A DNA stretch of 64,000 nt, taken from contig JBAQCT010000155.1 in NCBI GenBank assembly GCA_049294375.1, positions 5,974-69,973 on the forward strand. The letters are read 5' to 3'. Each line of letters starts with the position of its first letter. The stretch's first letter is position 1. Positions 12,646-21,732 of the stretch are shown piece after piece. The stretch comes from Gallionella sp. Lineage in GTDB: Bacteria; Pseudomonadota; Gammaproteobacteria; Burkholderiales; Gallionellaceae. A model generated the notes under the pieces. It ran no database searches. It had not been told where the DNA came from and was given only the letters and a program-made list of their open reading frames with translations. Made by a program: the position numbers and the translations under genes.

Positions 12646-13424
12646 GGTGCCTGCTTTTTTTCCAAGAGGTTATTCAGCAACTGCCAATCGCGATAGGTAT
12701 CCATGCACTGCCAGAATCCGTCATGCTCATATACGGCAAGCTGCCGATCACGTACCAGCGCCCTCATCGGCTCCTGCTCAAAGACGAGATCATCGCGTTC
12801 ATCCAGATAATCGAACAATTCACGTCGGCAGACGAAGAAGCCGCCCGAAATCCATCCGCCAGTCGCTTGAGGCTTTTCATTGAACTCGGTCACCAAACCT
12901 TGACTGTCTGCCATCAGTTCACCAAAACGTCCCGGCGGCCTGACGCCGGTTACCGTAAGAATACGGCCATGGCTTTTATGAAATGCCAGCAGGGCATCCA
13001 AATCAATATTGCTTACCCCATCGCCATAAGTCAGAAAAAAATGTCCATCTTCTTCAAGATACTGGCGAATCTTGCGGATGCGCCCGCCGGTCAGGGTCTC
13101 CGGCCCAGTATCCGCCAGCGTTACTCGCCAGTCTGTTTCTTCATGGTTGGTGTGGAATTCGACGGATTTGTTCGCCCCCAGTGTCACCGTGCAGTCGCGG
13201 GTATAAGCCTCGTAATTGAGGAAAAAATCCTTGATGGTCTGCCCCATGTAACCTAGGCACAGGATAAAGTCCTTATGGCGATAGCTGGCGTAATATTTCA
13301 TCAGATGCCAGAGGATTGGGAGTTGTCCAATAGGAATCATCGGCTTGGGAATATTGTCTGCGACATCGCGTATGCGAGTGCCGCGCCCGCCGCAAAGAAT
13401 GACCGTTTTTAAGGTGCCACGCAT
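12630..13424 (-). CDS. rfbF: Glucose-1-phosphate cytidylyltransferase
   Basis: VILCGGRGTRIRD...PKPMIPIGQLPILWHLMKYY...LTGGRIRK...TYGDGVSNIDL...GFWQCMDTYRD: typical RfbF/DdhA. Confidence 0.93.
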   Translation of the reverse strand: MRGTLKTVILCGGRGTRIRDVADNIPKPMIPIGQLPILWHLMKYYASYRHKDFILCLGYMGQTIKDFFLNYEAYTRDCTVTLGANKSVEFHTNHEETDWRVTLADTGPETLTGGRIRKIRQYLEEDGHFFLTYGDGVSNIDLDALLAFHKSHGRILTVTGVRPPGRFGELMADSQGLVTEFNEKPQATGGWISGGFFVCRRELFDYLDERDDLVFEQEPMRALVRDRQLAVYEHDGFWQCMDTYRDWQLLNNLLEKKQAPWMIW

Positions 13425-13475
13425 GTTATTTATTTCCCTGATTTAATTGTAAAATATGGTGCATAATTATCGCGA

Positions 13476-15017
13476 TCAAGCCAAATCGAAAGCACGCACA
13501 ATATTCTCCTCGGTAGGCTCGACAAAGCACGAGGATTTATACCACTCTGCCGCTTGCCTTATTCCTTCGATATTTGTTGCGCGCTGCTCCAGCAGATTAT
13601 TATAAGTGTTATTTAATTCGTCCGAATTGAACACTAAATCCCATATCACGCCCCGCCCGCAATCGAACATGGGGTTGCAGGTAAAAGAGGACTGGCTGGC
13701 AACGACAATAACAGAAACGCCCAGTGCTGCTGCTTCCACTGCGATTCCTGATTCTGAAGTAATAATAATTGCAGTATCGCTAAAAGCGCTACTCTTAGCG
13801 GAAGTATCGTAAATCCAGCAGTCCGGTAATGCAAGCTGGCGGCTGCGCGTATCGGCCGGATGTGTCCTCACTTTGACAGCCTGGCTCGTCAAAACGGAAG
13901 CCAGGCATAATTTGAGAAGCTCTTTGTTTCGTTCATAAAAATAACTGAACAGCAGCAGGCACTGCGTTTCATTGCCGCTCAGCACAACTGCGGGGCTGAA
14001 CAAATATTTGTAGCGAAAAGAAGCACCAAGGCGATATTCCAGATTATCAGAATGCTTCATGTATGCGGTGCCATTTACCAGAATCTTGTCGGGAACTACT
14101 CTGGAAGGCATCTCCAGTTCGGCGACGAAACTATTTAAATATGCGGGATAATCAATGTAGGTTCGGCACGCATAGATGGATGAATGTTGCGTACTCTCCT
14201 TCAATCCGCGGTAGAAATGTTTCTGTTGAACCTGGTTCTCAAACCATGAGATTACGGTGATTTTACCGTTGAACCAGTCAGCTAACCGCTTCCCAGATAG
14301 ATAGCGGATGTAACTATGCACCGTCATTCGATCCAGTGTTTTCATTAGTTCAGACGACAGCAATTGCCCCAGATAGTCTGAGCGATCCATTTGCCGCGAC
14401 AGTCGGATTACGGCAAATGGGTAAAAGCAGATAAATCTTGCCAGGGCAAAATAATCCACAGCCTTGAGCAAATCATATTCCGTAATGATGTTGACCGGTG
14501 CGCTCCTGATGATGCTGAATAGTCCGATACCTTTATTCCATAGCGCGACCCTGCCGTATAAACAGGGGAATATATAAACGTCTTTTCCTCGACGCGACAA
14601 TACTTCATGCAACCCCGGAAAATATTTTTCTTCATAAGAGTGGCTTGCTAGCGTGGGTTCCACCAGCAAGAAGTTATCGATGATTACCGGGTCGGTGGCA
14701 CGCCGAAAATCGGGCCGAAAAAAAATCTGCACGACTATCCAAGTAATAGCATGGTTAATCAAATACAGTATGCTTTTCAGGTAATATTGAAGCAGCTTAC
14801 AAAAAACGCCGAAGGCATTGATGTCCCGCTCCGGAATGCGGAAAAGGAAATTATGCAGCAGGCTGCTGACAAACGGATTTCTGCTGAGTACCGGGTTGGA
14901 AATCAGATACACATTGCGGTATGCATCCGCTGTAATTTGCTGAATATAATTGTCGACTTGCCGCAAGTCATCACGCAGACGCCCATAGCAGCCCTTTAAG
15001 TCCAGCTTATCGCTCAT
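13476..15017 (-). CDS. Uncharacterised 513-aa protein; possible non-canonical GT-B-like polysaccharide biosynthesis enzyme
   Basis: Long clean ORF in a low-GC block. I recognise no family motif. The C-terminal stretch DTAIIITSESGIAVEAAALGVSVIVVA resembles the donor-binding end of GT-B / TagF-like / capsule enzymes. Confidence 0.5.
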   Translation of the reverse strand: MSDKLDLKGCYGRLRDDLRQVDNYIQQITADAYRNVYLISNPVLSRNPFVSSLLHNFLFRIPERDINAFGVFCKLLQYYLKSILYLINHAITWIVVQIFFRPDFRRATDPVIIDNFLLVEPTLASHSYEEKYFPGLHEVLSRRGKDVYIFPCLYGRVALWNKGIGLFSIIRSAPVNIITEYDLLKAVDYFALARFICFYPFAVIRLSRQMDRSDYLGQLLSSELMKTLDRMTVHSYIRYLSGKRLADWFNGKITVISWFENQVQQKHFYRGLKESTQHSSIYACRTYIDYPAYLNSFVAELEMPSRVVPDKILVNGTAYMKHSDNLEYRLGASFRYKYLFSPAVVLSGNETQCLLLFSYFYERNKELLKLCLASVLTSQAVKVRTHPADTRSRQLALPDCWIYDTSAKSSAFSDTAIIITSESGIAVEAAALGVSVIVVASQSSFTCNPMFDCGRGVIWDLVFNSDELNNTYNNLLEQRATNIEGIRQAAEWYKSSCFVEPTEENIVRAFDLA

Positions 15018-15020
15018 GGA

Positions 15021-15686
15021 TTACGATGTCGGCGTCAATCGCCCGCTGTTACGGATAAATCCCTGCAGGCCGGTCATGTCAGGCAACACCGGCACGTCCG
15101 GCGGAAAAATATTACCCGGTAAAGCCGCTCTCCCCAAAAAACATATCCCTGCTTCATTGGCGCCCTCCATATCCAGCAGGGAGTCTCCGACCATCAACAT
15201 TTTCTCCGGACGGTAACCGCCGCTCTCCAAAATGTCGCGCAATATCTCCCCTTTCTTGGCCGGCGAACCGAATGCCGCGCGGAAATAGTGCGATATATGC
15301 CGTTTTTGCAGGACGCGTTTAAGCTCTTCTTCCGGCGTGCCGGAAACCACAAATAAGGGAATATCGGCGTGGTATTTGACAAGAAATTCTTCCGCTCCCT
15401 CGACCCATGGCGCGTCGATCACTGCCGCTTCGACACGTGCATTAAACTCGGTTGCCAGCCTGTTTTCTTCCTCCAGCGAAAGAGGAAGCCCAAGCAGCTT
15501 ATTATGGAAATAGCGAAATTTTTCGAAGCGTGGCAAACCGCCGTTTGCCAGATGAAATGAGACGACACGCTCTACGATTTCTGGCCCATAGCCGACATAC
15601 AGTGCGGCAAATGCCTGGGTTTTAACATCAACCGATTCAACCAGGACACCATCAAAATCAAAAGCGATGGCATCATATTCACTCAT
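15021..15686 (-). CDS. HAD-superfamily phosphatase (phosphoglycolate-phosphatase-like)
   Basis: Motif I FDFDGVLVES, motif III/IV region MVGDSLLDMEGA. ATGA overlap with the upstream gene. Confidence 0.85.
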   Translation of the reverse strand: MSEYDAIAFDFDGVLVESVDVKTQAFAALYVGYGPEIVERVVSFHLANGGLPRFEKFRYFHNKLLGLPLSLEEENRLATEFNARVEAAVIDAPWVEGAEEFLVKYHADIPLFVVSGTPEEELKRVLQKRHISHYFRAAFGSPAKKGEILRDILESGGYRPEKMLMVGDSLLDMEGANEAGICFLGRAALPGNIFPPDVPVLPDMTGLQGFIRNSGRLTPTS

Positions 15687-16612
15687 CCTTTCGCCTCGCC
15701 ATTGGCCACCAGCCAGTCTCCATCGGCATGCTGGCGGTTATGTAACTGCTCATGTATTTCCGCCATGCAATCCAGCAAACCTTGCCCGAAATCCACATAG
15801 TCATTCGATACCAGCTTGTGCCCGATCTTGGGGTGAAACCCATAAGGGGTCATGACGTAGTGTCCGTCATCGACCTTGCCCTGGAAATCCAGTTTCACTC
15901 CGCCCGGAATCATTTCGCTGATCATTTTCATGAAATTCTCTACCGTCATGCGTTCCTGCCCCGATAGCACAAAATGTTTATTGGCGAATTTCGCCTCAAG
16001 AATTTGCGCACTCAGTTTCGCCGCATCGGTGACATGAATATATTCGCGCATCGCATCCTTGCTGCCCATATAAGTGACGGCTTTGCTTTCCAGCGCCTCC
16101 CTGAGTAATCTGTAAATACCATTGCGTTCATCGGCCCTGCGGCCATATAGCGACCCATAGCGTAGGATGGTATATGGCAAACCGTACCTTTCATGGTAGC
16201 TTTCCACAAAGCGCTCCGCAGCCTGCTTGCTGGCACGGTAAAAAGAGCCGGATTCCGAATAGACGTACAGGCTGCTGGCAAAAACAAACCGCTCAGCTTG
16301 GCTAATGCGGGCGCCTTCCAGCACGTGCACATTACCCAGCACGTTGATTCTGGCCGTATCCACTGGCCGATTTTTGGCGTCATTGATGTCTGCGATACCG
16401 GCGAAGTTGTAAACATACTTGCACCCTTTGGAGGCGCTGATGACTTCGTCCAAGTTCATGATGTCGCCGACAACCATTTCTTGGTCTGTCCGTACGTAAG
16501 GGGAAGATTCGCGGTCGAAAATTCTTACCCGATAACCCGCGTCGGACAATGCATCCGCCACGTGGCTTCCCAAAAAACCGCTACCCCCAAACACAATGGC
16601 TGTAGTTGTCAT
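15683..16612 (-). CDS. NAD-dependent nucleotide-sugar epimerase/dehydratase (extended SDR)
   Basis: FGGSGFLGSHV Rossmann and YRASK catalytic motif. Confidence 0.85.
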   Translation of the reverse strand: MTTTAIVFGGSGFLGSHVADALSDAGYRVRIFDRESSPYVRTDQEMVVGDIMNLDEVISASKGCKYVYNFAGIADINDAKNRPVDTARINVLGNVHVLEGARISQAERFVFASSLYVYSESGSFYRASKQAAERFVESYHERYGLPYTILRYGSLYGRRADERNGIYRLLREALESKAVTYMGSKDAMREYIHVTDAAKLSAQILEAKFANKHFVLSGQERMTVENFMKMISEMIPGGVKLDFQGKVDDGHYVMTPYGFHPKIGHKLVSNDYVDFGQGLLDCMAEIHEQLHNRQHADGDWLVANGEAKG

Positions 16613-16615
16613 GAT

Positions 16616-18154
16616 CTATTTCGCAAATTCAACTTTTTCAACATCATCTTCTTTCGCGTAATCGCCATAATGCATATATTTCTCCAGGCATTCATCTTTG
16701 AGCTTGCGAAAAATACGCTCGCCTTCCGGCGTGAGAATTTCGGCTTCTCGAATTTCCGGCCAGCGCTCTTTTGGCATTTTCACATAAAGCACAAAACAGC
16801 GCCGAACCCCCTCAATTTCCTCCTTGGTAAATTGCGGCATGGAAATCATCGTGGGTTGTGAAATGCACCGTGCCAGATCCCCCTTATTTACATATCCCAT
16901 ATCTTCTGACAATTGACGAAGCGGGGTTCCGTGAAAGGGGGTATAGCTGTATGCATTCACACCATCCGATTTGAAATGGCGATTTAGCTCGATGGTGTCA
17001 AACGCCAATTCGCGCGTCTCTGTCGGAAAGCCGATGATGTTGTTGACACTGATGGGTATTCCTAGGGAATTGACCAGATTGAGCTGTCTGATAATCACAT
17101 CATTTTTAACTTTGCGCCCAAGCAATCGTTGGCGAAACGCTTCATTGCCATGCTCAACGCCGAACGCCACGCGAAGCAAGCCGATGTCTGCCAGTTTCTT
17201 AAACTTATCTTCCGTTACGGTTTCAGGGCGGGTCTGCATCCAGAATGGCAACTTGTAGTCGGCATACATTTCGCAGAATTCGTCAAATTCCCTGTTGTTC
17301 CATGCAAGGAAGGTGTCTGCCCAGAAATAAATGGAATCTGCCTTATAATTTTTTACTGCGTGGTCGATTTCGCGGCGTACCAGTTCGATTCTCTGAGGCC
17401 GAAAAAAACGGTTGTTTTCTGCTTTATATATCTGGATCTGTGATGGGGAGTTGCAATACGCGCAGGTGTACGGGCAACCGCGGATAGTCTGCACGGGTAT
17501 CATGCGCCGCAACTTACCTTGCATCGGACGATAATAACGGCTCTCCTCAAACAAGCTGAAATCCGGCAATGGCAGGCTGCCTAAATTGACCGGGCGCGGC
17601 AGAGGATTCTTGATTTTTTTTCCGGCGATGATAGCGCATAGCCCGCTGACTGAAGAAACATCAGCCCCATTTTCCAACCGTTCACACAGTTCAGGTAAAG
17701 TTTCCTCACCCTCGCCGCGCAAAATATAATCAATGGCCCCACCGGAAAGTTGCAGCGCCAGATCGGGAGCGAACGTTGGAAAAACGCCACCAGCTACAAC
17801 TGGTGGTCTATTCGGCCCCAGCACTTTCAGGAGGTTTACACCCAATGGATACATGTCCTCGGTACAGGACATGGCTATGAGATGCGGCGAAAAATGCCTG
17901 ATTACATTTATAAAATCTTCTGCAGCATTGGTGGTTCTCGCGTGCTTCTTGAGTAGCGTATCGTCGAACGGGCGCGCATTGAGGTTTTCCGATTTTTGTT
18001 TATCGGCATCAACAGCAGCCAAGTTCTCATAGATCGTTGTGTCAAAAAGCGCCACATCATGGCCGCGCTGTTTCAGGATGGCAGTGAACAAACCAATTGC
18101 AGGCGGCAAGGTGTTCATGCCGTAAAGATTGGGGTAGAAGAGAAGTACTCGCAT
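16616..18154 (-). CDS. Cobalamin-binding (class B) radical SAM enzyme
   Basis: N-terminal B12-binding-type Rossmann (MRVLLFYPN...HLIAMSCTEDMY...PPVVAGGVFPT) and the radical SAM cluster motif CPYTCAYC (CxxxCxxC). Confidence 0.88.
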   Translation of the reverse strand: MRVLLFYPNLYGMNTLPPAIGLFTAILKQRGHDVALFDTTIYENLAAVDADKQKSENLNARPFDDTLLKKHARTTNAAEDFINVIRHFSPHLIAMSCTEDMYPLGVNLLKVLGPNRPPVVAGGVFPTFAPDLALQLSGGAIDYILRGEGEETLPELCERLENGADVSSVSGLCAIIAGKKIKNPLPRPVNLGSLPLPDFSLFEESRYYRPMQGKLRRMIPVQTIRGCPYTCAYCNSPSQIQIYKAENNRFFRPQRIELVRREIDHAVKNYKADSIYFWADTFLAWNNREFDEFCEMYADYKLPFWMQTRPETVTEDKFKKLADIGLLRVAFGVEHGNEAFRQRLLGRKVKNDVIIRQLNLVNSLGIPISVNNIIGFPTETRELAFDTIELNRHFKSDGVNAYSYTPFHGTPLRQLSEDMGYVNKGDLARCISQPTMISMPQFTKEEIEGVRRCFVLYVKMPKERWPEIREAEILTPEGERIFRKLKDECLEKYMHYGDYAKEDDVEKVEFAK

Positions 18155-18987
18155 TAATTGGGTGGCCTGACAAAAATATAGTTATAAATATTCTTGTATT
18201 TTGTGGCATCAAACATGGGTGCGTGATATTTCCCTTTTAATGCAAATCCTCTTTCTGTCAAGATAGCAGCGACTGCATCGTCTTTTGGAAGGTCATCGTT
18301 AAGTTCGATCAACACGCTTCTTATGTTCGTATGACTTAGCGTTTTTTTTGCACCCAAAATAATATCCGACTCCAATCCGTCGACGTCAATTTTTATATGG
18401 TTCGGGATCGGAAGGTGATATTTCTCTATCAAATCATCTAGCGAAATAGACAGAACCCCCTGTTTAAATGCAGACTCCATTGGTTGATGGTTATAATCTT
18501 CGGAGCTTCCTAGGTTGTTTACGGCGCCACCAACCGTGAACGCTGACAGGAATAAATGGTCGATTGCGCTGGATTTGCCTACAGCTATGCCAAGTCCTGT
18601 CACATGATGTTGAAATTGATTAAGAAAAATATTTCTATTGAGTTGCGCGTAATTTTGCGACTCCGGTTCAAATGCAATAACCTTTATTCCTTTCGAAGCT
18701 GCATAAATTGAATACATTCCTACGTTTGCGCCGATGTCATATAGCAGTTCACCCCTGCTAAATGAATCTATCCACTCAATGGTGTCTGGCTCTTTGGTGA
18801 GGAGTGTTCTGGCTCGCCAAAGAGTTAACAAGCTTACGCATTCATACTTAATAGTGTCATTTCCAGATTTGACAGTGTAAATGGGATGCAACTTCTCAAC
18901 CAGCCTTACCGAAGGACGGATGGCCTTGTTAAGCAACAGCACGACCGGGAGCGAAACAAGGTCAAAAATTTTTTGTTTTATGTTCAT
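18154..18987 (-). CDS. FkbM-family SAM-dependent methyltransferase
   Basis: LYDIGANVGMYSIYAA...VIAFEPESQNYAQL FkbM signature. Its stop shares one nt with the downstream start (TAATG). Confidence 0.85.
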   Translation of the reverse strand: MNIKQKIFDLVSLPVVLLLNKAIRPSVRLVEKLHPIYTVKSGNDTIKYECVSLLTLWRARTLLTKEPDTIEWIDSFSRGELLYDIGANVGMYSIYAASKGIKVIAFEPESQNYAQLNRNIFLNQFQHHVTGLGIAVGKSSAIDHLFLSAFTVGGAVNNLGSSEDYNHQPMESAFKQGVLSISLDDLIEKYHLPIPNHIKIDVDGLESDIILGAKKTLSHTNIRSVLIELNDDLPKDDAVAAILTERGFALKGKYHAPMFDATKYKNIYNYIFVRPPN

Positions 18988-19023
18988 TTACTCAATCCAC
19001 GTATAACGGTTTAGTTTACCGAT

Positions 19024-19764
19024 TCAGTCCCCGCCTGCTACCGTAATAATTTCACCGTGAATAAAACTGGCCTTTTCTGTCAATAAAAAAGCTATTGCAG
19101 AAGCAATTTCCTCGGGCTGCCCCGCCCGACCAAGCGGAATTTTGGCAATCCGCCCTACCAGTTCATCGGCGCTTCTTCCTTCACGCTGTAAAGGCGTGTC
19201 CACAAAACCGGCGCGAACGCCATTAATACGGATGCCACTCTTGCAAAGTTGCCGTGACAATCCGTGCATGGCGGTTTCCAGCGCCGCTTTTGCAGCAGCG
19301 TAATGCAATGTTTTTGCCGAACCGCCATATTTCGGAGAAATGGAGCTAAGGTAGGCAATCCGGCCCTCGTGTGCTGCAAGCATTGACGGCACGAATTTCT
19401 GGACGATAGTAAGCGGAGCAATACAATGCTGAAAAAAAGCTTGCTGCCATTTTGATTCATCAAGCTGTTGCCAGGGCGTCCAATCGATCTTTCCACCGCA
19501 AAGTGCAAGCGTATGCAATACATCAAGCTCTTTGATGGCAGCTTCCACGAAATCAGTGCAAGCCTGCGCCGAATCGAGGAAAGATTGCAGCAATACGCCT
19601 TCGCAGCCAATAGTTGAAATCTCTTCTTTCAGCATATTTGCTTTTTCGTGATTATGGCAATAATGTAGCCCAATACGGACATCTGCATGAGCCAACTGCC
19701 GTACAAGAGCTGAGCCGATTGCACCAGATGCGCCAACAACAAGAATATTATGCTTCAGACCCAT
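19024..19764 (-). CDS. Classical short-chain dehydrogenase/reductase (FabG/PtmA-like)
   Basis: VVGASGAIGSAL cofactor motif and YAAAK catalytic motif. The likely start is ATG 19764 (track ORF runs to 19794). Confidence 0.82.
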   Translation of the reverse strand: MGLKHNILVVGASGAIGSALVRQLAHADVRIGLHYCHNHEKANMLKEEISTIGCEGVLLQSFLDSAQACTDFVEAAIKELDVLHTLALCGGKIDWTPWQQLDESKWQQAFFQHCIAPLTIVQKFVPSMLAAHEGRIAYLSSISPKYGGSAKTLHYAAAKAALETAMHGLSRQLCKSGIRINGVRAGFVDTPLQREGRSADELVGRIAKIPLGRAGQPEEIASAIAFLLTEKASFIHGEIITVAGGD

Positions 19765-19769
19765 ATGTA

Positions 19770-20930
19770 TTAAACCACGCTGCATCGCCGACAAGGCTCT
19801 TTTTGTTGGCGCGCATTGGTTTTATGAATTTCACGTAAAGCATTATATTCCGTTGAACGCCAGATATTGCCAAGATTACCATCGGTAAATTTTCCCACTG
19901 AAAGTGTCGATTTATAGTCCACATCACAAGGGTTTACCTGGCCGTCCCACCAAACAAACATGCGCCGCCAAAGATCTGAACAACGCTGTGATATCCCGTT
20001 AATCGGGCTATGGTAAGTATCTTCCCAGGGGTTATAGTTGACAAAAGCCACCTGATCAGCCAATTCACCCCAGAAGCTTTGCATCTCATCCAGGTTTTGT
20101 TGATCGGACATCTTAACCCCCGATACTCGAGTAATAATGTTGGCATCAGGATACTGGGTAGCGCGAATTTTCTGGAAACGTTCGATATTGGCAAGTACCT
20201 TATCCAGTTTCCCGCCTACACGGAGCCGACTGTAAAGCGGCTCTGACGCCGCATCAGCTGAAAAAACCAGCGTTTTTACGCCGCCCTGCAGAATGGCATG
20301 GCATTTACTCTCATCCAGCAAAGAGGCATTGGTGTTCATCTTGAGGTTGAGAAACTTCCCGCGTGTATAGGCCAGCATCTTTTCGATATCGGGGCATAGC
20401 AGGGGCTCGCCGCGTGACGCAAGCGAAAGAAATTCTACTTTCCCCTGGATTTCGTCGATTATGCGCTGAAAAAGATCCAGCGGCATATACCCCATAAAAC
20501 CGCTGGAGCGCCGTGTGAAGGCCTTGTCGCTCTCAAAACAGAACACACAGCGATAATTGCAGATAGAGCTTGGTTCTATCTGGAGGTAGGGCGGGTAGTC
20601 ATCCAGTTCTGCAAGCTGCGGGTAGATTTCGTAACGATATCGATGCACGATATATCTGGGCAAATCATCGTCTGAAAGAGTATTGATTTCCTCAATAACA
20701 CTGGGTGTTAGCTGCAGGCATGGTGCATTTTTTTCTTCGTCAGCCAAAATATCCCGCACAGCACGGTCAAGGATGCCCTGCCATGCATCCGACAGCCCAT
20801 CACCTCGCTGCGGTTTGTTTTGTAATAACTTGATGCGTGAGATTACTGTTTCCTGGAGCGCGCCTTGCCGCGAGCGCAAATCGACAAAACTGTTATGTTT
20901 GCGATATGTGGGGTTGTCCCCAATGGTCAT
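19770..20930 (-). CDS. Radical SAM enzyme with C-terminal SPASM/twitch-like Cys-rich domain
   Basis: CNYRCVFC (CxxxCxxC). C-terminal CSDLWRRMFVWWDGQVNPCDVDY...CRRC. Confidence 0.85.
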   Translation of the reverse strand: MTIGDNPTYRKHNSFVDLRSRQGALQETVISRIKLLQNKPQRGDGLSDAWQGILDRAVRDILADEEKNAPCLQLTPSVIEEINTLSDDDLPRYIVHRYRYEIYPQLAELDDYPPYLQIEPSSICNYRCVFCFESDKAFTRRSSGFMGYMPLDLFQRIIDEIQGKVEFLSLASRGEPLLCPDIEKMLAYTRGKFLNLKMNTNASLLDESKCHAILQGGVKTLVFSADAASEPLYSRLRVGGKLDKVLANIERFQKIRATQYPDANIITRVSGVKMSDQQNLDEMQSFWGELADQVAFVNYNPWEDTYHSPINGISQRCSDLWRRMFVWWDGQVNPCDVDYKSTLSVGKFTDGNLGNIWRSTEYNALREIHKTNARQQKEPCRRCSVV

Positions 20931-21694
20931 AATGAAAGCTCACCCGGTTTTGCCTCTTCAAACCCATGCTTGCGCAGCCAGTATTCGACCTGAGGTAATT
21001 GCCATTCATAGTCGATATCACAACCGCCCCACGATTTGATGGGATGGATTCGTTGCCCCATCCATTTTTGTGGAAGTAAGCCGTCCTTCAGATTATCTAG
21101 GCAATGGGGACGCACGATGGAAAGTCCCATGTCGGCGAAACACACATCCCCTTGAGAGTCTCTATCGCAGTTAAGGGTTGCCGGGTCACCAAAGGTTTCA
21201 AACGGTACAAAAGGATGAAGGCATCCATCTTCTCCGATGCGTCTGGCGCGCAACGGGCTCCACATGTTGTATACAGAAACAGTGACTGCAGAATCCAATG
21301 TGTAGTTGTTTCTGAGTTTTTCAATGCCTTCGTCGATCAATGCTCCGGTGACAGTTGCTCCATTGGCGAAAAGCAGCACCATCAATTCCACGGTTTCACC
21401 CTTTGCTGCAAGCATCTTGACGATTTCCCGGTAGCCTTGGGCAAAAACATCTTCGCCCAAGGCCGCCTTGGTGGCTAACTCGGGAGGGCGGTCAATCAGT
21501 TCAGCGCCAAATCTTTGACCAATTTCCATGATTTCGGGCGAATCAGTCGAGACGAAAAGCCTGTCCACATAACGGGAAGCGCGCGCCGCCATCAGTGGAT
21601 ATGATGCCAGCGGGCGCCCCAAAACAGGATAAATGTTTTTACCGGGGAATCCGACGCTGCCGGCACGGCCAATCATCAGTGCGCAAATAGTCAA
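20927..21694 (-). CDS. Acylneuraminate (NeuA/PtmB-family) cytidylyltransferase
   Basis: ALMIGRAGSVGFPGKNIYPVLGRPLASYPL...VSTDSPEI...IDRPPELA family pattern. Confidence 0.82.
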   Translation of the reverse strand: MTICALMIGRAGSVGFPGKNIYPVLGRPLASYPLMAARASRYVDRLFVSTDSPEIMEIGQRFGAELIDRPPELATKAALGEDVFAQGYREIVKMLAAKGETVELMVLLFANGATVTGALIDEGIEKLRNNYTLDSAVTVSVYNMWSPLRARRIGEDGCLHPFVPFETFGDPATLNCDRDSQGDVCFADMGLSIVRPHCLDNLKDGLLPQKWMGQRIHPIKSWGGCDIDYEWQLPQVEYWLRKHGFEEAKPGELSL

Positions 21695-21732
21695 AATTTT
21701 CTCCTCAATTAATTTGGCACGGCTATAAGCAT

